Source of the DNA: a virus
DNA: 64,000 nucleotides
Virus record (IMG/VR): IMGVR_UViG_3300033144_003384
Location: 1 to 64,000 of that record
Direction: 5' to 3' (one strand)
Position numbers and translations under genes: made by a program. Shown in pieces: positions 30,428-42,427 of this stretch. The notes beneath the pieces are model-generated. The model did not search any database and was not told the origin of the DNA. It worked only from the letters and a program-made list of their open reading frames with translations. Each line of letters starts with the position of its first letter. Position 1 is the first letter of the stretch.

Positions 30428-33400
30428 GTCACTATAAGGCATAAGGGAAAGGAACCCAAATGACCACCACCCTCAACGCAATGACCACCACCGAAAACAT
30501 CAACGGTGTCGAAGTCAACATCGAAGGTGAATACGGATACGGATACGTCGTAACACTCTACAAGAACAACGGCGAACACCCCAACGGCCCATACTTCGAA
30601 GAAAAGGAATACGAAGTCGGAACCTTCTCCACAATCGACGAAGCCCGTGACGAAGCCCGAATGACAATCGGCTGAAACACTCAAGCGAAAGCCCCCCGTG
30701 AAAGCGGGGGGTTTCTTCGTGCGTCAGCTCACTCCAACAACCAGATGGCGGGACTTATCAGGGAACAGTCGCCCGGCGGAGTCGAACAGCTCGAACACTC
30801 GGTTACCCCCCTGGAAGAGCCCGGAGAGCCCCGACGAAGCGCAAAAAGTCTCGATCGTGCGCGCGCGGGGGCCCGTTTAGAAAAAATGGGATTCTCAGTT
30901 TTGTCAAGTGTTATTTGGCCAGGTGTAGTTGATTGGGGGTGTGGCGTCTGGGTTGAGTTGTAGGATTGTGTTTCGTGGGATGTGGGGGTTGAGTTCGGTT
31001 TCTATGCCCATGATTACGTCTAGGGGTGATGTTCGTGAGGGGTGGCTTGCGGCTTTGAGGTCTTCCCATGTTTGTGGGTGCATGTGTAGTGGTAGTGGTT
31101 TGTTGTTGTGGTCGCGGAGTAGGTTATTCATTGTCGTTTGTTGTGTCGTTTGATATGTAGGACAGGATTTCGTCGTAGATTAGGCTTTCGATTCTGTAGG
31201 TTGTTTCTGATGTCAGGTCGTTTGATGTGATGATCATTAGTGTGCCGTCGAAGTTGTTTTGCCACTCAGCCTCGGTCTTTAATCGTTCGCTTCCGTATTC
31301 ATGGGTGATGTGCTGAACAATTCTCCAATTTTCCAAAGACAGGATAAATCTATCGTTCTCAAATAGGGCATGAACATTCAGTGCATCTTTTCTTGTCGGT
31401 AGGTCACTCATCGTTGTTGTCCTCGGTGAGAGCATCCGGCGGTCTGAACGGCTTGTCGGCATCCATAACCCACGACGGCTCACGTTCCTCCTCGGTGATG
31501 AAGTCGTGCAGACGGTCCAACGCTGCAGTCCCTTCCACAAACTCACGATGCTCTTTCATGGACATCGGCGTGATCTCCAACCCTTCTGTCCACACAATCC
31601 ATTTCTCGTCACCTAATTGTCCGAAGCAAAACACACAAATGTCTGAGTTGCGCCACGTATGCCCCGCAACAGCATCGAAGATATGGTCTGGCGACCAGAA
31701 CCCCCAACCACGGCGATTACAGCGGGCGCATACTTGTCGCGTAGGATCAGTCATCGTCTGTCCCCTCCAACCATGCGCTCACTGCCTTGTCCAAGGCTGT
31801 TCTTGTCCAAGGCTGTGTTTCTTGTGTGATGCGGACCAGCTCAGCGTTGGCGGTGTAACGTCGTTCGTTCTCGTAGATGTCTCCACCAGCGAGACGGTCG
31901 AGAACCGATTTGAATCTGTTATTCATTCGTCTGTCCTGGTTGTCTCCCCATCGTTCTGTTGCTCCGCAGATTTTGCATTCGAATATGGTGGCGATGACTT
32001 CGTTGTTGTCGTTTTTTTCGAACCAGACGTCGTGTTTGGTGCTTGGGCAGTTTTTGCGTGGGCATTCGGTGGTGCCGTTGATGTTTGTGTATCGGATGAT
32101 TGGGTGGCTCATGGTTGGTATGTGATGATGTGGCAGGGTTGTTTGATCCAGTTGTTGCCGTTGCACATGATGGTGCCTTGTGCTTGTTGGTGGTGGGTGT
32201 GGCACCAGGATATTGTAGGAGGCATATGGGGTTCCGTTTGTTTAATCGCTAGTTGTTGATGGGCTTACAGGGTATGTCGCCACATCTGCTGCCAAAAGCT
32301 CATAATTGTCGTCGGCATCCTCCAGGTCACAGTCCCCACGATGACGATGATCGCCACAGAACGCACGCACAGGGATGCCATAGTCGCGCACCATTTTGTG
32401 GCCCCGCTCGGAATGGGTTGTCCACTCCTGCTTGATGCGGTAAAGGACGGTGGGTTCGTTCATGCATCGCGGCTGAAAGCACAGGGTGATATCTCCAAAC
32501 TTTTCAACTAAACCGAAATATGGGCGATGGTTCTCAGCAATGAATTTGCCCAAAATCGAGACAATGTCGAGGTCACGGTATTCTCTGACTGTTCGGTTGT
32601 TGGTGTTGTGGTTCAGAAATGTCTTGTTTGGGTTTCTTCGCACAACGGTGAGGATACGTGTGTATCGCCATTCGTCGCCAGATAGCTCCGATTCTTTCCA
32701 ACGTGGAAGCATTTCGTATTCCATGGATAGGATGCCGTCGTCTTCAGGTAGCGGCTTCAGGTAGTAGTTCATGTGGTTTCCTCCCAATCTACAGTTCCTG
32801 GTGCAGACGTGATGGTGGCTATGTAGTGTGTTGAGCAGAAATGTCCTTTGGGGTCTTTTATGGGTGTGAATGCTCCTTCTTGGTCGCATTTGTCGCATTT
32901 GGGGGTTGGTGTTGCGTTGCTGGTGCCTGTTATGCGTTGGTAGGGGAAGGGTATTATGTCTGGCATTGGCGTTATTGGCTTCGGGCCTCTTGCGCATCCT
33001 CTACGATGTGGTGATAGGCACCGTATTCGTAACCGAAGCAGTGGTTACAGAAATGAAACCAGGAGTAGTCGTCTTTCTTCTCTTCGGGGGCGTCGTTGAT
33101 TGTGTCTAGCCATTCTTGGGCGTTTCGTGCGTCGTGGACGCTTTGCCATTCCGGGGACGTTCCGTTGCATCGTGTCTTGTATCCGTCTTCTGTTGGCTTA
33201 ATGCGGTGCAGCGTTTGTAAGCCCAGGAAATATCCGTGATAGGTCATGCCCCATATGGGGGTTTCTGTGCCGTGAATGGTTAGTTCCATCATGGGTCAAT
33301 TTTCCATTCTCTGTCAGGGAGGATCATTCCTGTCTGTCGATACATCTGGAGGTCCATTCGTTGGATTGTGTTCCAGGGTGAAGTGGTGGAATACCATGTG

Positions 33401-33704
33401 GCTTGGACAGTAGCGGTTGAGCCCCGCCATGTTTGAGTGAGCGTTATTCGGGAAGGGTGACTCGGCACGTGACGGCGTTCCCTTTGATTGTCGTGATTTC
33501 GAAACTGAGTCCTTCGAGAATGATGTCAGTCACGTTCGCTAACCCTTCGCGGTCGTCCTCATAATCCGGGCTTTCTTTATCAATTTCTGCAAGGTCGACA
33601 AGGACGTCGGTGATGTAGTCGTGGATTCGGAGACGGATAATGTCATTTGATACTGTTGCCATAATGCTTGACATTGTAGCAGAAGTCGGGTACGGTGTCT
33701 ACAT

Positions 33705-34226
33705 ATGGATTACGTACAGATAACCGGATGGCAAAACGAAGTTACCGGCAAAATTCACGGAACCAAAGGTCCCCCCCATTCTACAATGGGATTATGCGGC
33801 AACGGCGGGTGGCTACTCGACGGTTTACGCAACAAAGACGTCGGGGACTTCTACGACACACCCCAGACGCAACGGTGCGAAAAGTGCAACGAAGCAGCAA
33901 AGAAACTCAACCCGTTCAGGATTACCAGGAAATTGGTCGAAGCGTTCAAAGAAGATGTCGCAAAGGAAGGGGCCACGGTGAGGGTGAATGTCGCCTTCAG
34001 GGACGTAAAGAATCTCCAAAAGTTTTACAGGACAGAGAAGTCGGTTGTGGTGTATAGAAAGCTGCCCGACAATCAGACAATGTCGTCCGACCATGGGCAC
34101 AGCTATCCGGCGACCATCTATCAGTGGGTGAGGGAAGACTGGAAAGGGAAGGTCAACACCTTGCATTCGTGGTCTGGGAGTCCCGAGAATGTGTGGGTTG
34201 ATCGTCGTGGGGATATTGATGATTGA
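33705..34226 (+). CDS. Hypothetical protein heading a rightward gene cluster
   Basis: TTGACA upstream; H...CG...CEKC motif. Confidence 0.6.
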   Translation: MDYVQITGWQNEVTGKIHGTKGPPHSTMGLCGNGGWLLDGLRNKDVGDFYDTPQTQRCEKCNEAAKKLNPFRITRKLVEAFKEDVAKEGATVRVNVAFRDVKNLQKFYRTEKSVVVYRKLPDNQTMSSDHGHSYPATIYQWVREDWKGKVNTLHSWSGSPENVWVDRRGDIDD

Positions 34227-34431
34227 CTACGAAGCCATGAAAGAAGTGCTTGCCATTCCTGATGAATCTGGAGCATTCTTCAAGTGGCACAGTACCGAAC
34301 AACTAGAAGATGCGCTGTATGTTGGGCTGCCCGACGGGCCGTTGTACCGACGCAAGTGTGGGTTCGGACATGACGAGGATTGTCACCCGTTCTATGTGCA
34401 GGTGTGGCCGGAGGTAGGCAACGATGATTGA
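34219..34431 (+). CDS. Small modular protein (MIDYEA...YVQVWPE family), copy 1
   Basis: Shares N- and C-terminal motifs with next gene. Confidence 0.65.
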   Translation: MIDYEAMKEVLAIPDESGAFFKWHSTEQLEDALYVGLPDGPLYRRKCGFGHDEDCHPFYVQVWPEVGNDD

Positions 34432-34696
34432 CTACGAAGCGGCGGCACTGATGATACATCAGCTTCGCAATTTGGGATCACCACCGAAGCGACTACCGGA
34501 CATTGATGCAGCGAAGCGCATAGTAGGTGCTGCGTTGGGTGACACCGTGCTGTACTGCTTAGAACAACACAAGACATATTGTGACGATTACGAGGGGGCA
34601 ACCGAGTTTGGTTGTCGCGGGGGTCATGTTGAGCGCCGTTACGTTCAGGTGTGGCCGGAAGGGGATGGCGAATGGGTGAACCAAAAGTATGGGTAG
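34424..34696 (+). CDS. Small modular protein (MIDYEA...YVQVWPE family), copy 2
   Basis: RBS GGAGG; shares terminal motifs with previous gene. Confidence 0.65.
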   Translation: MIDYEAAALMIHQLRNLGSPPKRLPDIDAAKRIVGAALGDTVLYCLEQHKTYCDDYEGATEFGCRGGHVERRYVQVWPEGDGEWVNQKYG

Positions 34697-35907
34697 GGGG
34701 CGCAGTTTGATGAAAACGGAGTACCGCCTTTGTGTCACCAGGGGAACTAGCAAGCGTCCAATGCGCTACGGGAAACGCGACAGGAACCACGCTGAAACCG
34801 ATGCAGCGAAATACGCTACACCTTTGGAGCGTGGGCTAGCGGAGCGGGTTTGGATCGAATCGAGGCAGGTAAGTGAATGGAAAGAAGGGAACAACGATGA
34901 CGGTTGAAGAACCGTGGGAGTGTGCTTGCGGAGAGACAGACATCACGAAGCACGATCTTGGCATGGTGATTTCACACACGTTCGACATGTCGATGCAGGA
35001 AGGTCGGGATATGCTGGTTCGTATTCGTAATCGTGCTGGTGTCGAAACTGCCGATGAGGACAGGATATTTCCGGATGCTCTCACGAAGGAGAACACAGAT
35101 GGGTGACCTGTATGAATTGCGATGGCATGACGGTCTCCTGCCTCGTCCCATTCAGCAGCAAATTGATGACGGCATTTGGGTACTTGTTGAGCTATGTGAA
35201 CACGATCGGTCGAAAGGCCATTGGGTTACAATGATATGTCGTTGTAGTAATTGGCTCGGTAAAGCGTTTGGGCGGTGGGTTGATTCTGGGGAAGAATATG
35301 TGCCTGGCGAATGGGTGGAGTGTGATCATGTTTGGTGTGAGGGTGCAGAGTTGAGGAACGGGTAGACCCCATAGAATAATGCTTGACATTCGGTAGGTTT
35401 CCTGTACGATGTCAATATGACGTTAGATACTAAAATCATCATCTCCGGAGTAGACCTCGACCCCGAGTCTGTGTTCCTATACGCGGCAAGCCTTCTTGGG
35501 GCAGACGACAACTACCAATACGATATTGACCCCGAAACGTGGATGACGAGTGGCTACTACGCGTCCGTCATCTCCGCAAAGCCAGGACAGGGACTCCCCG
35601 CATGGCTCATCGTATCCGTCGAACCTGCCGGACTCATCCGAATCTCATACGACACCGCATACGGTTACAAGATGGACAACGGGGCTGGGTGTGGCGACTT
35701 GCACGCATGGCTCATCGCCCAACTCGCCCTGAAATACGCACCCAATGCCACCATGCTGTGGCAAAACGAATTCAACGGCAACTGGCAAGAAATCATTTAC
35801 GACTATTTACAAAACGAACAAGACTGGGAATGGTTCCTCGACAGTTTTGAAGGCTTCGGCAATCCTCGCAAAGGGGCCCTGGAATTTGGGAAACGACTGG
35901 AAGTAGC

Positions 35908-36501
35908 ATGACTTTTTACGAACTATGCAGAAACGCAACAGACCTAGACCTGGAACTGATCAAACAAGTCTGTTCAACTGGCGGACTAACCCCAATTACC
36001 TTGGAAGATATTGTTCTTGGCCCAATAGCAGGTTTGGTTGGTAGCGGGCTAACCGCCGACGACCTCGAAATAACCTACGACGAAGGGTACGACGCCGGAA
36101 TTCTTGATGCCGCCTACGTAGGAAATGACATAGAAGTCGCCCTAGCTCCTTTGTTTAAACGGGTAAAGGACGGAAACTACATAGGGATAGGGACCGGACC
36201 CGGCTGGTGGCCACTGCTACTCAAGCTCGACTCGCGCCTAGCCATTACAGACCCCGACTACACCATCGGGCAAGTCAAAGAGAAGTTCGGCACCCTACGG
36301 TTTTACACCGGGCCACTGACCGAAGCAGGTCGGGCCCTAGTTCAGGCAGCCGAAGCCGCAACAGCGACCACCTGTGAAGAATGCGGCAAACCAGGCACGC
36401 TAGACGCTAGCGATTACTGGATGAAAACGCTGTGCGAAGCACATCAGCAATTGCGGGCGGAGAAGCGGAATGCGCAGCGGGCGGAAGAAGCTAATGACTG
36501 A
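35908..36501 (+). CDS. Conserved phage protein (QVKEKFG.LRFY family)
   Basis: GPGW...QVKEKFGTLRFY...TCEECGKPG...KTLC. Confidence 0.75.
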   Translation: MTFYELCRNATDLDLELIKQVCSTGGLTPITLEDIVLGPIAGLVGSGLTADDLEITYDEGYDAGILDAAYVGNDIEVALAPLFKRVKDGNYIGIGTGPGWWPLLLKLDSRLAITDPDYTIGQVKEKFGTLRFYTGPLTEAGRALVQAAEAATATTCEECGKPGTLDASDYWMKTLCEAHQQLRAEKRNAQRAEEAND

Positions 36502-36704
36502 CAGGCTCACAAAAAGGCAAGCACAAATCGTTGGTGCCTTCACCGGAATTGTTGCCGGTCCCTTCCCGGAACTCCACGAATACATTCAAGAGATTCTGGG
36601 TCGACCAGTATTTACAATTGAGCTAGGAAACGAAGAGATGGCAGACAGAATCAGTGCCGCAGCGAAGGAAGATTTCCTCAATCTCGTAAGAACCGTAGAC
36701 GACG

Positions 36705-37277
36705 ATGGGTAGGGAAATCAGGCGAGTGCCGATCGGGTGGGAACACCCCAAAGAGAACAATTACAACCCGTACACCGACACCGTCACGTCTGATTACGTC
36801 GCCCTGTACGACGGGTCATTCGAGGCCGAAGCTCAAGAATGGCTTGACGGGTGTGTTGAGTGGGTGGCCGGGAAGCACAAAGATTTCGCTGAAGATTCTT
36901 GGGCTCGCGGATATCATGCGAAGAAGTTCGAAGAGACGGGCGACGAATATCATCTGCCGGAGAATTTTCTTGCCAAAACATACGTACGGTTTTGTGAGTT
37001 TCGTGGCAATTTCCCCAATCCCGACGATTACCGACCGGACTGGCCCGAAAGGGACATGGTGGCATACCAAATTTACGAGACGGTGTCTGAGGGGACTCCA
37101 GTGTCTCCCGTATTCCTAACGCACGCCGAAATGAAACGGTGGCTGTTCAGTCAGGGGCATTCGGAAGTTGCTGTATCGAAATTCATCGAATATGGGTCAG
37201 CGCCGTCGATGATCATGTTCGGCGGCCCAGGTGGCGTATCGTTGAAGTCAAACATCGACGCATTGGAAGACTTGTGA
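36705..37277 (+). CDS. Conserved phage hypothetical protein
   Basis: MGREIRRVP..WEHP...YQIYETVSEGTPVSPVF. Confidence 0.7.
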   Translation: MGREIRRVPIGWEHPKENNYNPYTDTVTSDYVALYDGSFEAEAQEWLDGCVEWVAGKHKDFAEDSWARGYHAKKFEETGDEYHLPENFLAKTYVRFCEFRGNFPNPDDYRPDWPERDMVAYQIYETVSEGTPVSPVFLTHAEMKRWLFSQGHSEVAVSKFIEYGSAPSMIMFGGPGGVSLKSNIDALEDL

Positions 37278-37690
37278 CGAAGAGATGTCATGTCAAGATT
37301 CCTGACGGCGGGCGTGGTAGATACAAGACGTTCATAGGTAAGTCGTGTCGGAACAGGGCGTGGCGTAACGGTTATTGCAAAACTTGTTACGAACATCACG
37401 TATCTCAAGTGCTTGCTGACTATGAAGAGATGTATGACGCATTTAAATATGCTTTGGAGAACGATATTGAGCCATTTAAATTGAAGTGGGAAACATGAAG
37501 AAGCCGAAACCAGAGCACACGATCCAGCACACCATCACCACGCCAAGGGGCGAGTTCAACATTCCGTTGGAGTTTCAGCTTTGGAAGGACGGCACGGTGA
37601 CCTGGAAACGCAAGCCGGTCAAATTGACTAGCTGACGTTTCTGTATTCCTAACACTTGACAAACCTATGTGAATATGGAATACTGAAACC

Positions 37691-38095
37691 ATGCCCGTGA
37701 ACCGATACAAGAAACTCCAAGTCGTCGTGAGCGCCATCGAATGGCTAGGCGACGATAAAGTCAACCACGAAGAGACCATGAAGTTTTGTGAAGGCAACGC
37801 ACGCCTCAAGGGAGACTTCCTCATCATCGACACACTGGAAGGCGGAATGCAAGCCTCCTGGGGCGACTTTATCGTCAAAGGAATTGAGGGAGAGTTCTAT
37901 CCCGTCAAGCCGAGCATCTTCTGGAAAACATACCGAGAGCTTGGCGATGCCTGCGAAGAGGGCGTCGTCTATCTCGACGCAGAATCCTATGACGCCCTAA
38001 TGGCTGACCTTGATGTGCCACCCCAAGAGTTACCCGGACTCAAAAGACTGTTCGAAGCCGACGTGTTCTCGGACGAAACAACACAGGGAAGCTAA
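37691..38095 (+). CDS. Conserved phage protein with DUF1778-like C-terminal tail
   Basis: IDTLEG.M.A..GDFIVKG.EGEFYP.KP.IF.KTY followed by LDAESYDALMADLD.PP...PGLKRLF. Confidence 0.7.
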   Translation: MPVNRYKKLQVVVSAIEWLGDDKVNHEETMKFCEGNARLKGDFLIIDTLEGGMQASWGDFIVKGIEGEFYPVKPSIFWKTYRELGDACEEGVVYLDAESYDALMADLDVPPQELPGLKRLFEADVFSDETTQGS

Positions 38096-39981
38096 TGGGA
38101 CATGATAGGCCATCTAAGCGGTACAACTATCAAGGCACATTCATCACTGGCGGAACACGGCGTTACAACTATGTGTGCTTCGACTGTCGCTACACGTCAC
38201 GGGAAGGATCAAATTGCCCAACTTGCGGCAACAGACTTTGGTTTGCCAGAGACAGATGGCGAGTACCGCCCAAAAAGGACAATAAGGCTTGGACCGAATA
38301 CAAAAGACAAACCATCGCCATCAGAGACAACTGGAACGATAGGTACACACCGGAGGGGCACGCCCTGTGGCGAGGCCGTCGACTATTAGCGAAATGGAAA
38401 CGGAAATGACTATTACGGAAGCACCAGTTACATGGAAAGAACTTGCTGCACTCGGAGGCGACTTCACCCAATTCGTCCAGTGGATAGTTCAAACCCACGG
38501 GCCGCTCCCTGACGGCAACATCCAGCAAGCCGACTACGAACGATACAAACAACTCTACGAGGCAAAAACATGACTTGGCCATCAGAAAAATTTGTTGCCA
38601 ACTTCGAAATTGGCGACCACGTTGGAGACCTTCCCACCATGAGAGCTGTCGTTGCCGCAATGGAATCTGCCGAAACTATGCAGAAAAACATGATGGAAGC
38701 TGCCGGAGACACTCACGCCGAAAATCTGTGGCTGGGAGCAATCCCCATCCTTTACGACGTAGAGGTTATGGGGTACATTGTGTTTGAGGACTTCGGGTCC
38801 ACGTATTATAAGGCCAAAGAGAAGGAGGGAAAATCGTGAACATAAAGGACACGACATGGGGTGGCAACATCATTCAAGACAACTGGATACAAGGAGACCA
38901 AGTGGGACTTAACAACCTGTCATTTGCCGTAGGGACGGTCAAAAGGGTCGTCGTAGAGAACAAAGAGAAACACGCCGCCGAATTCCATGCCGCGTATGTG
39001 GGTTGGGTAGAGACGTGTAGACAATCAGCCACGACCATGATGGAACGTTTCGATGCTAGTGCTGAACCAGACGAGATGTTCCGTTTCCCTACCGCACCCG
39101 TTTCCCATGAAGACGACTACAGCCGCGTAGTCGACATGCTCGAATACACGACGGACAGCACCGTAGCGTTGACAGAGTCCGAGTTCGAACAATACATGCG
39201 CGACCAATGGTCGTGGTCCGCAGGACATCAGGCTTCGTTCATGGCTTACACGCAGTAATGAAAGAGTTCAACTGGGTAGCAGCTTGCGGGTTTGCTTTCT
39301 GGACATTGCTGGTGTTTCTCCTGGGCTACATGGTTGGCATGTCGTGAGCCACAAGCACCACTTCAAGTGGAGTGTTAATCTGGACGGCTGGCTTTGTCTG
39401 TGCGGCAGTTTGTATCAGCGGAGCGAGCGGTTCAGTGGCGTGTGGATCGAGACGATGCAGTTCGACGAGAACTTTGTTGGGTCAGACGATGAGTAGGACT
39501 CGACGCAGGAAAATGTGGTACAAGGGGCCGGGCTTTGAGTTTTGGTCCAGGCGTCCGTACTTCGGGGAAGGCAAAGAGGGGAAGCGGGGGACTCATCGTC
39601 AGGAGCGTCACGTTGAGGCAAAGAAGGAAATTAAGGATCAATTGAATGAGTGACTGCAACATGTTTCCGATACCGCCGCCGCCAACAGATTCGGGGAAAT
39701 TCTGGTTGGTGATTGGGGTGTCTGTTACGTTGTTCATCATAAGCATATACGCCATTATCTCATATTTCGGTGGCTCTACTTCGGTAGTCCTTGACTGCGT
39801 CATCGTTGATAGCATCCAATATTGCCGATGAACAACCGAGTATTCTGGCTCATCTGCTTCGCCGTTGTCTTGGGCCTTGTCCTTCTCTACTTCGTGCAAG
39901 TCTTATCACCCTACTGATTTGACACCGCCATCTTCTTGGCGTACACTCCCTACGTCGGCTAGCGCCACGAAAGGAGCGCCC

Positions 39982-40311
39982 ATGCCAGATGTCTTACATC
40001 TCTTCCCCGTCCCCGAAGAAGAAGCCTCCCCGGTGGACACCATCTTCGACCATTGGGTTGAAATCACGTGGCCCAAACGTGGCCCGCGTCCCCGCCTCAC
40101 CGACCAACGCCGTCGCGCCATCAAGCGTGCCTTGAAGGACTACAAGCCTCAAGACTGTCTCGACGCAATCGACGGCATCATGCTGTCCGACTTCCACACG
40201 GGCCACAACAGCAGCGGAAAGAGGTACCTTGACATCGGGCTGATTTTGAGAGACGCAGAACACATCGAACGATTTGCCATGATGAAACACGAAGAAGGGG
40301 ACCTTTGGTGA
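39982..40311 (+). CDS. Replication-associated helical protein (initiator C-terminal-like)
   Basis: LTDQRRRAIKRALK...AIDG...S.FH.G.N; first gene of replication operon. Confidence 0.55.
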   Translation: MPDVLHLFPVPEEEASPVDTIFDHWVEITWPKRGPRPRLTDQRRRAIKRALKDYKPQDCLDAIDGIMLSDFHTGHNSSGKRYLDIGLILRDAEHIERFAMMKHEEGDLW

Positions 40312-40736
40312 CGAAGGAAGAGCTACAAGCGATCGTCGACCGCGTATCAATCAACTGGAATGTCTACGAGATGCCAACACGACGCAAAGGTGCTTACAAG
40401 GTTTGGTGGCATTTTCTTAGCGACCTCGACTTTGACCTTGTGTCAAAGTATGTTGACGAACGCGCCCTGGCGGGCGACTACCCACCACGACCCGGAGACG
40501 TACGCGGCGAATTGATTTATCGCAAGACAGGTATCGCGCCGCCAACGAAACAAGCGTGGGTTGAGTTTCAAAAAGCTCGCAGCGACCTTGAGTCCGGGGT
40601 TGATCCCGGCAACCTCGACCCTATCGTAGCCAAAACGATGAAGGAGATGGGGCGGAACAATCAGAGGGACGTGTTTTTTCGCCTGTACGACGACAACCGC
40701 GGGGAATATTTTGCCAATGAATTGGACAGCCGATGA
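40308..40736 (+). CDS. Putative helicase loader/inhibitor (G39P-like)
   Basis: W...L.DLDF.LV...V......YPP.PGD...QAW; located before primase-helicase. Confidence 0.5.
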   Translation: MTKEELQAIVDRVSINWNVYEMPTRRKGAYKVWWHFLSDLDFDLVSKYVDERALAGDYPPRPGDVRGELIYRKTGIAPPTKQAWVEFQKARSDLESGVDPGNLDPIVAKTMKEMGRNNQRDVFFRLYDDNRGEYFANELDSR

Positions 40737-42415
40737 AAGGCATTCCTCCGTGGGCTGACGGAGTTTTCGATCGCTTCAAGGGTGTTAAGACTTCCGGCAA
40801 CGGCTGGTCGGTCATATGTCCTGCTCACCCAGATTCACACCCGTCTATGTCGATCTCTATTGGTACCGATGGTGACAAGCTGATTTTCAATTGTCATCGT
40901 GGCTGCGCTGTTGACGATATTGTGAAGTCTGCCGGACTTGAAATGAAGGACTTGTGGAAGCCGGGCTCGTCTCGCGACCGGAAGAAAAAAGAGTGGATAG
41001 CCAATTACGACTATACCGACGCTGAGGGCAATTTGATCTTTCAGGTAACCCGCTGGATCGAGGGCGACGGTCGTAAAACGTTCACGCAACGCAAGCCGAC
41101 GAAGGCTGGTGGCTGGGAATATTCGACTACGGGTTTGAAGAAGCCGATTTACAGGTATCCGCAGATCAAGTCCGCTATTGAGCAAGGTCTCCCGATCTAT
41201 GTTGCCGAGGGTGAGAAGGACGTTGCAACGTTGGTGACTGCTGGGGTACAGGCAACTTGCAACCCAGGCGGTGCCGGGTCGTGGCAAGCAAATCACACGA
41301 AAGCTTTAGCTAAGGCGTCTCAGGTGTTTATTGTGCCTGACCGTGATGCTGTAGGCATGTCTCACGCAGCTCACATCAAGGGCGAATTAGAAGACCTAGA
41401 TGTTGAGGTTCACGTTGTTGGTCCCCCTGAGGGTAACAAGGATGTGACGTGGTTCTTTGAGAACGCTGGCGGTTCGCTGGCTGGTCTTGTGAGCATTGAG
41501 CTGTCGGCAGAGAATCAGGACCCGTTTGTTGACATCTTGACAGAGCTTCGCAGCTTGTCTAAACAGAACATGGCGTTTGAGAAGAAGCTGCACCGTGCCC
41601 GCTCAATGCTTGATATTGCAGAGTTCGACCCTACGGATTATGGGCGGCTGGTGAAGTGGGAAGATTTCCTAAAAGAGGGAGTCGATGATTACGATTGGGT
41701 AATTCCGGGGTTGTTGGAACGGCAGGAACGCGTTATTGTGGTTGCTGCGGAGGGTGTCGGCAAGACGATGCTTGCGCGGCAAGTTGCACTAATGTCGTCT
41801 GCTGGCATTTCCCCGTTTCGTAAGGATTCGATGCCGAAGGTTGCGACGCTGTTTGTTGATTTGGAAAACCCTGAGCGGATCATTAAGCGTACGTCTGCGA
41901 AGATTTTGGAGCGCATTCGTTGGGTCAAGCCTGACGTTGGTCCGCTGGATGCTCACCTTCTGGTGAAGCCAGATGGCTTGGATTTGCTAAAGTCTGAGGA
42001 TCGTGTCCTGTTGGAGCGCATTGTTGCCCAAACTGAGCCCGACATTATCTTCCTCGGTCCGCTGTATAAGGCAATGGTTGATCCGGGTGGCCGTACTGCT
42101 GAGGCTGTGACGACTGAGGTTGCAAAGTTCTTCGACTATATCAGGGATCAGTACAACTGTGCTTGGTGGTTAGAGCATCACGCTCCTTTGGGTTCGTCGG
42201 ATTCTGGTCGTCCGCTTCGTCCGTTTGGTTCGTCGGTGTGGTCTCGTTGGTCGGAGTTTGGTATCGCGCTGGCTCCCGATCCGATGATTCACCATAGGTT
42301 TGAAGTGAAGCACTATCGTGGCCAACGTGATGAGCGAGAGTGGCCTGCTGCGTTGGTGCGTGGCGATATTTGGCCGTTTGAGGCTGAATGGGTTGACAGT
42401 CACGGCACGATTTAG
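40733..42415 (+). CDS. DNA primase-helicase (Zn finger, TOPRIM, AAA_25/RepA-like)
   Basis: CPAH.D..PS...CHRGC; AEGEKD; PDRDAVG; AAEGVGKT; LEHH; RPFGSS. Confidence 0.9.
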   Translation: MKGIPPWADGVFDRFKGVKTSGNGWSVICPAHPDSHPSMSISIGTDGDKLIFNCHRGCAVDDIVKSAGLEMKDLWKPGSSRDRKKKEWIANYDYTDAEGNLIFQVTRWIEGDGRKTFTQRKPTKAGGWEYSTTGLKKPIYRYPQIKSAIEQGLPIYVAEGEKDVATLVTAGVQATCNPGGAGSWQANHTKALAKASQVFIVPDRDAVGMSHAAHIKGELEDLDVEVHVVGPPEGNKDVTWFFENAGGSLAGLVSIELSAENQDPFVDILTELRSLSKQNMAFEKKLHRARSMLDIAEFDPTDYGRLVKWEDFLKEGVDDYDWVIPGLLERQERVIVVAAEGVGKTMLARQVALMSSAGISPFRKDSMPKVATLFVDLENPERIIKRTSAKILERIRWVKPDVGPLDAHLLVKPDGLDLLKSEDRVLLERIVAQTEPDIIFLGPLYKAMVDPGGRTAEAVTTEVAKFFDYIRDQYNCAWWLEHHAPLGSSDSGRPLRPFGSSVWSRWSEFGIALAPDPMIHHRFEVKHYRGQRDEREWPAALVRGDIWPFEAEWVDSHGTI

Positions 42416-42427
42416 TATCCTTGCAGC

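Noticed and set aside
23587-31381. Long overlapping ORFs such as 25158-25967, 28171-28965 and 29052-29759
   Set aside because: Antisense or off-frame to well-supported genes; Ser/Arg-rich composition typical of GC-rich shadows.
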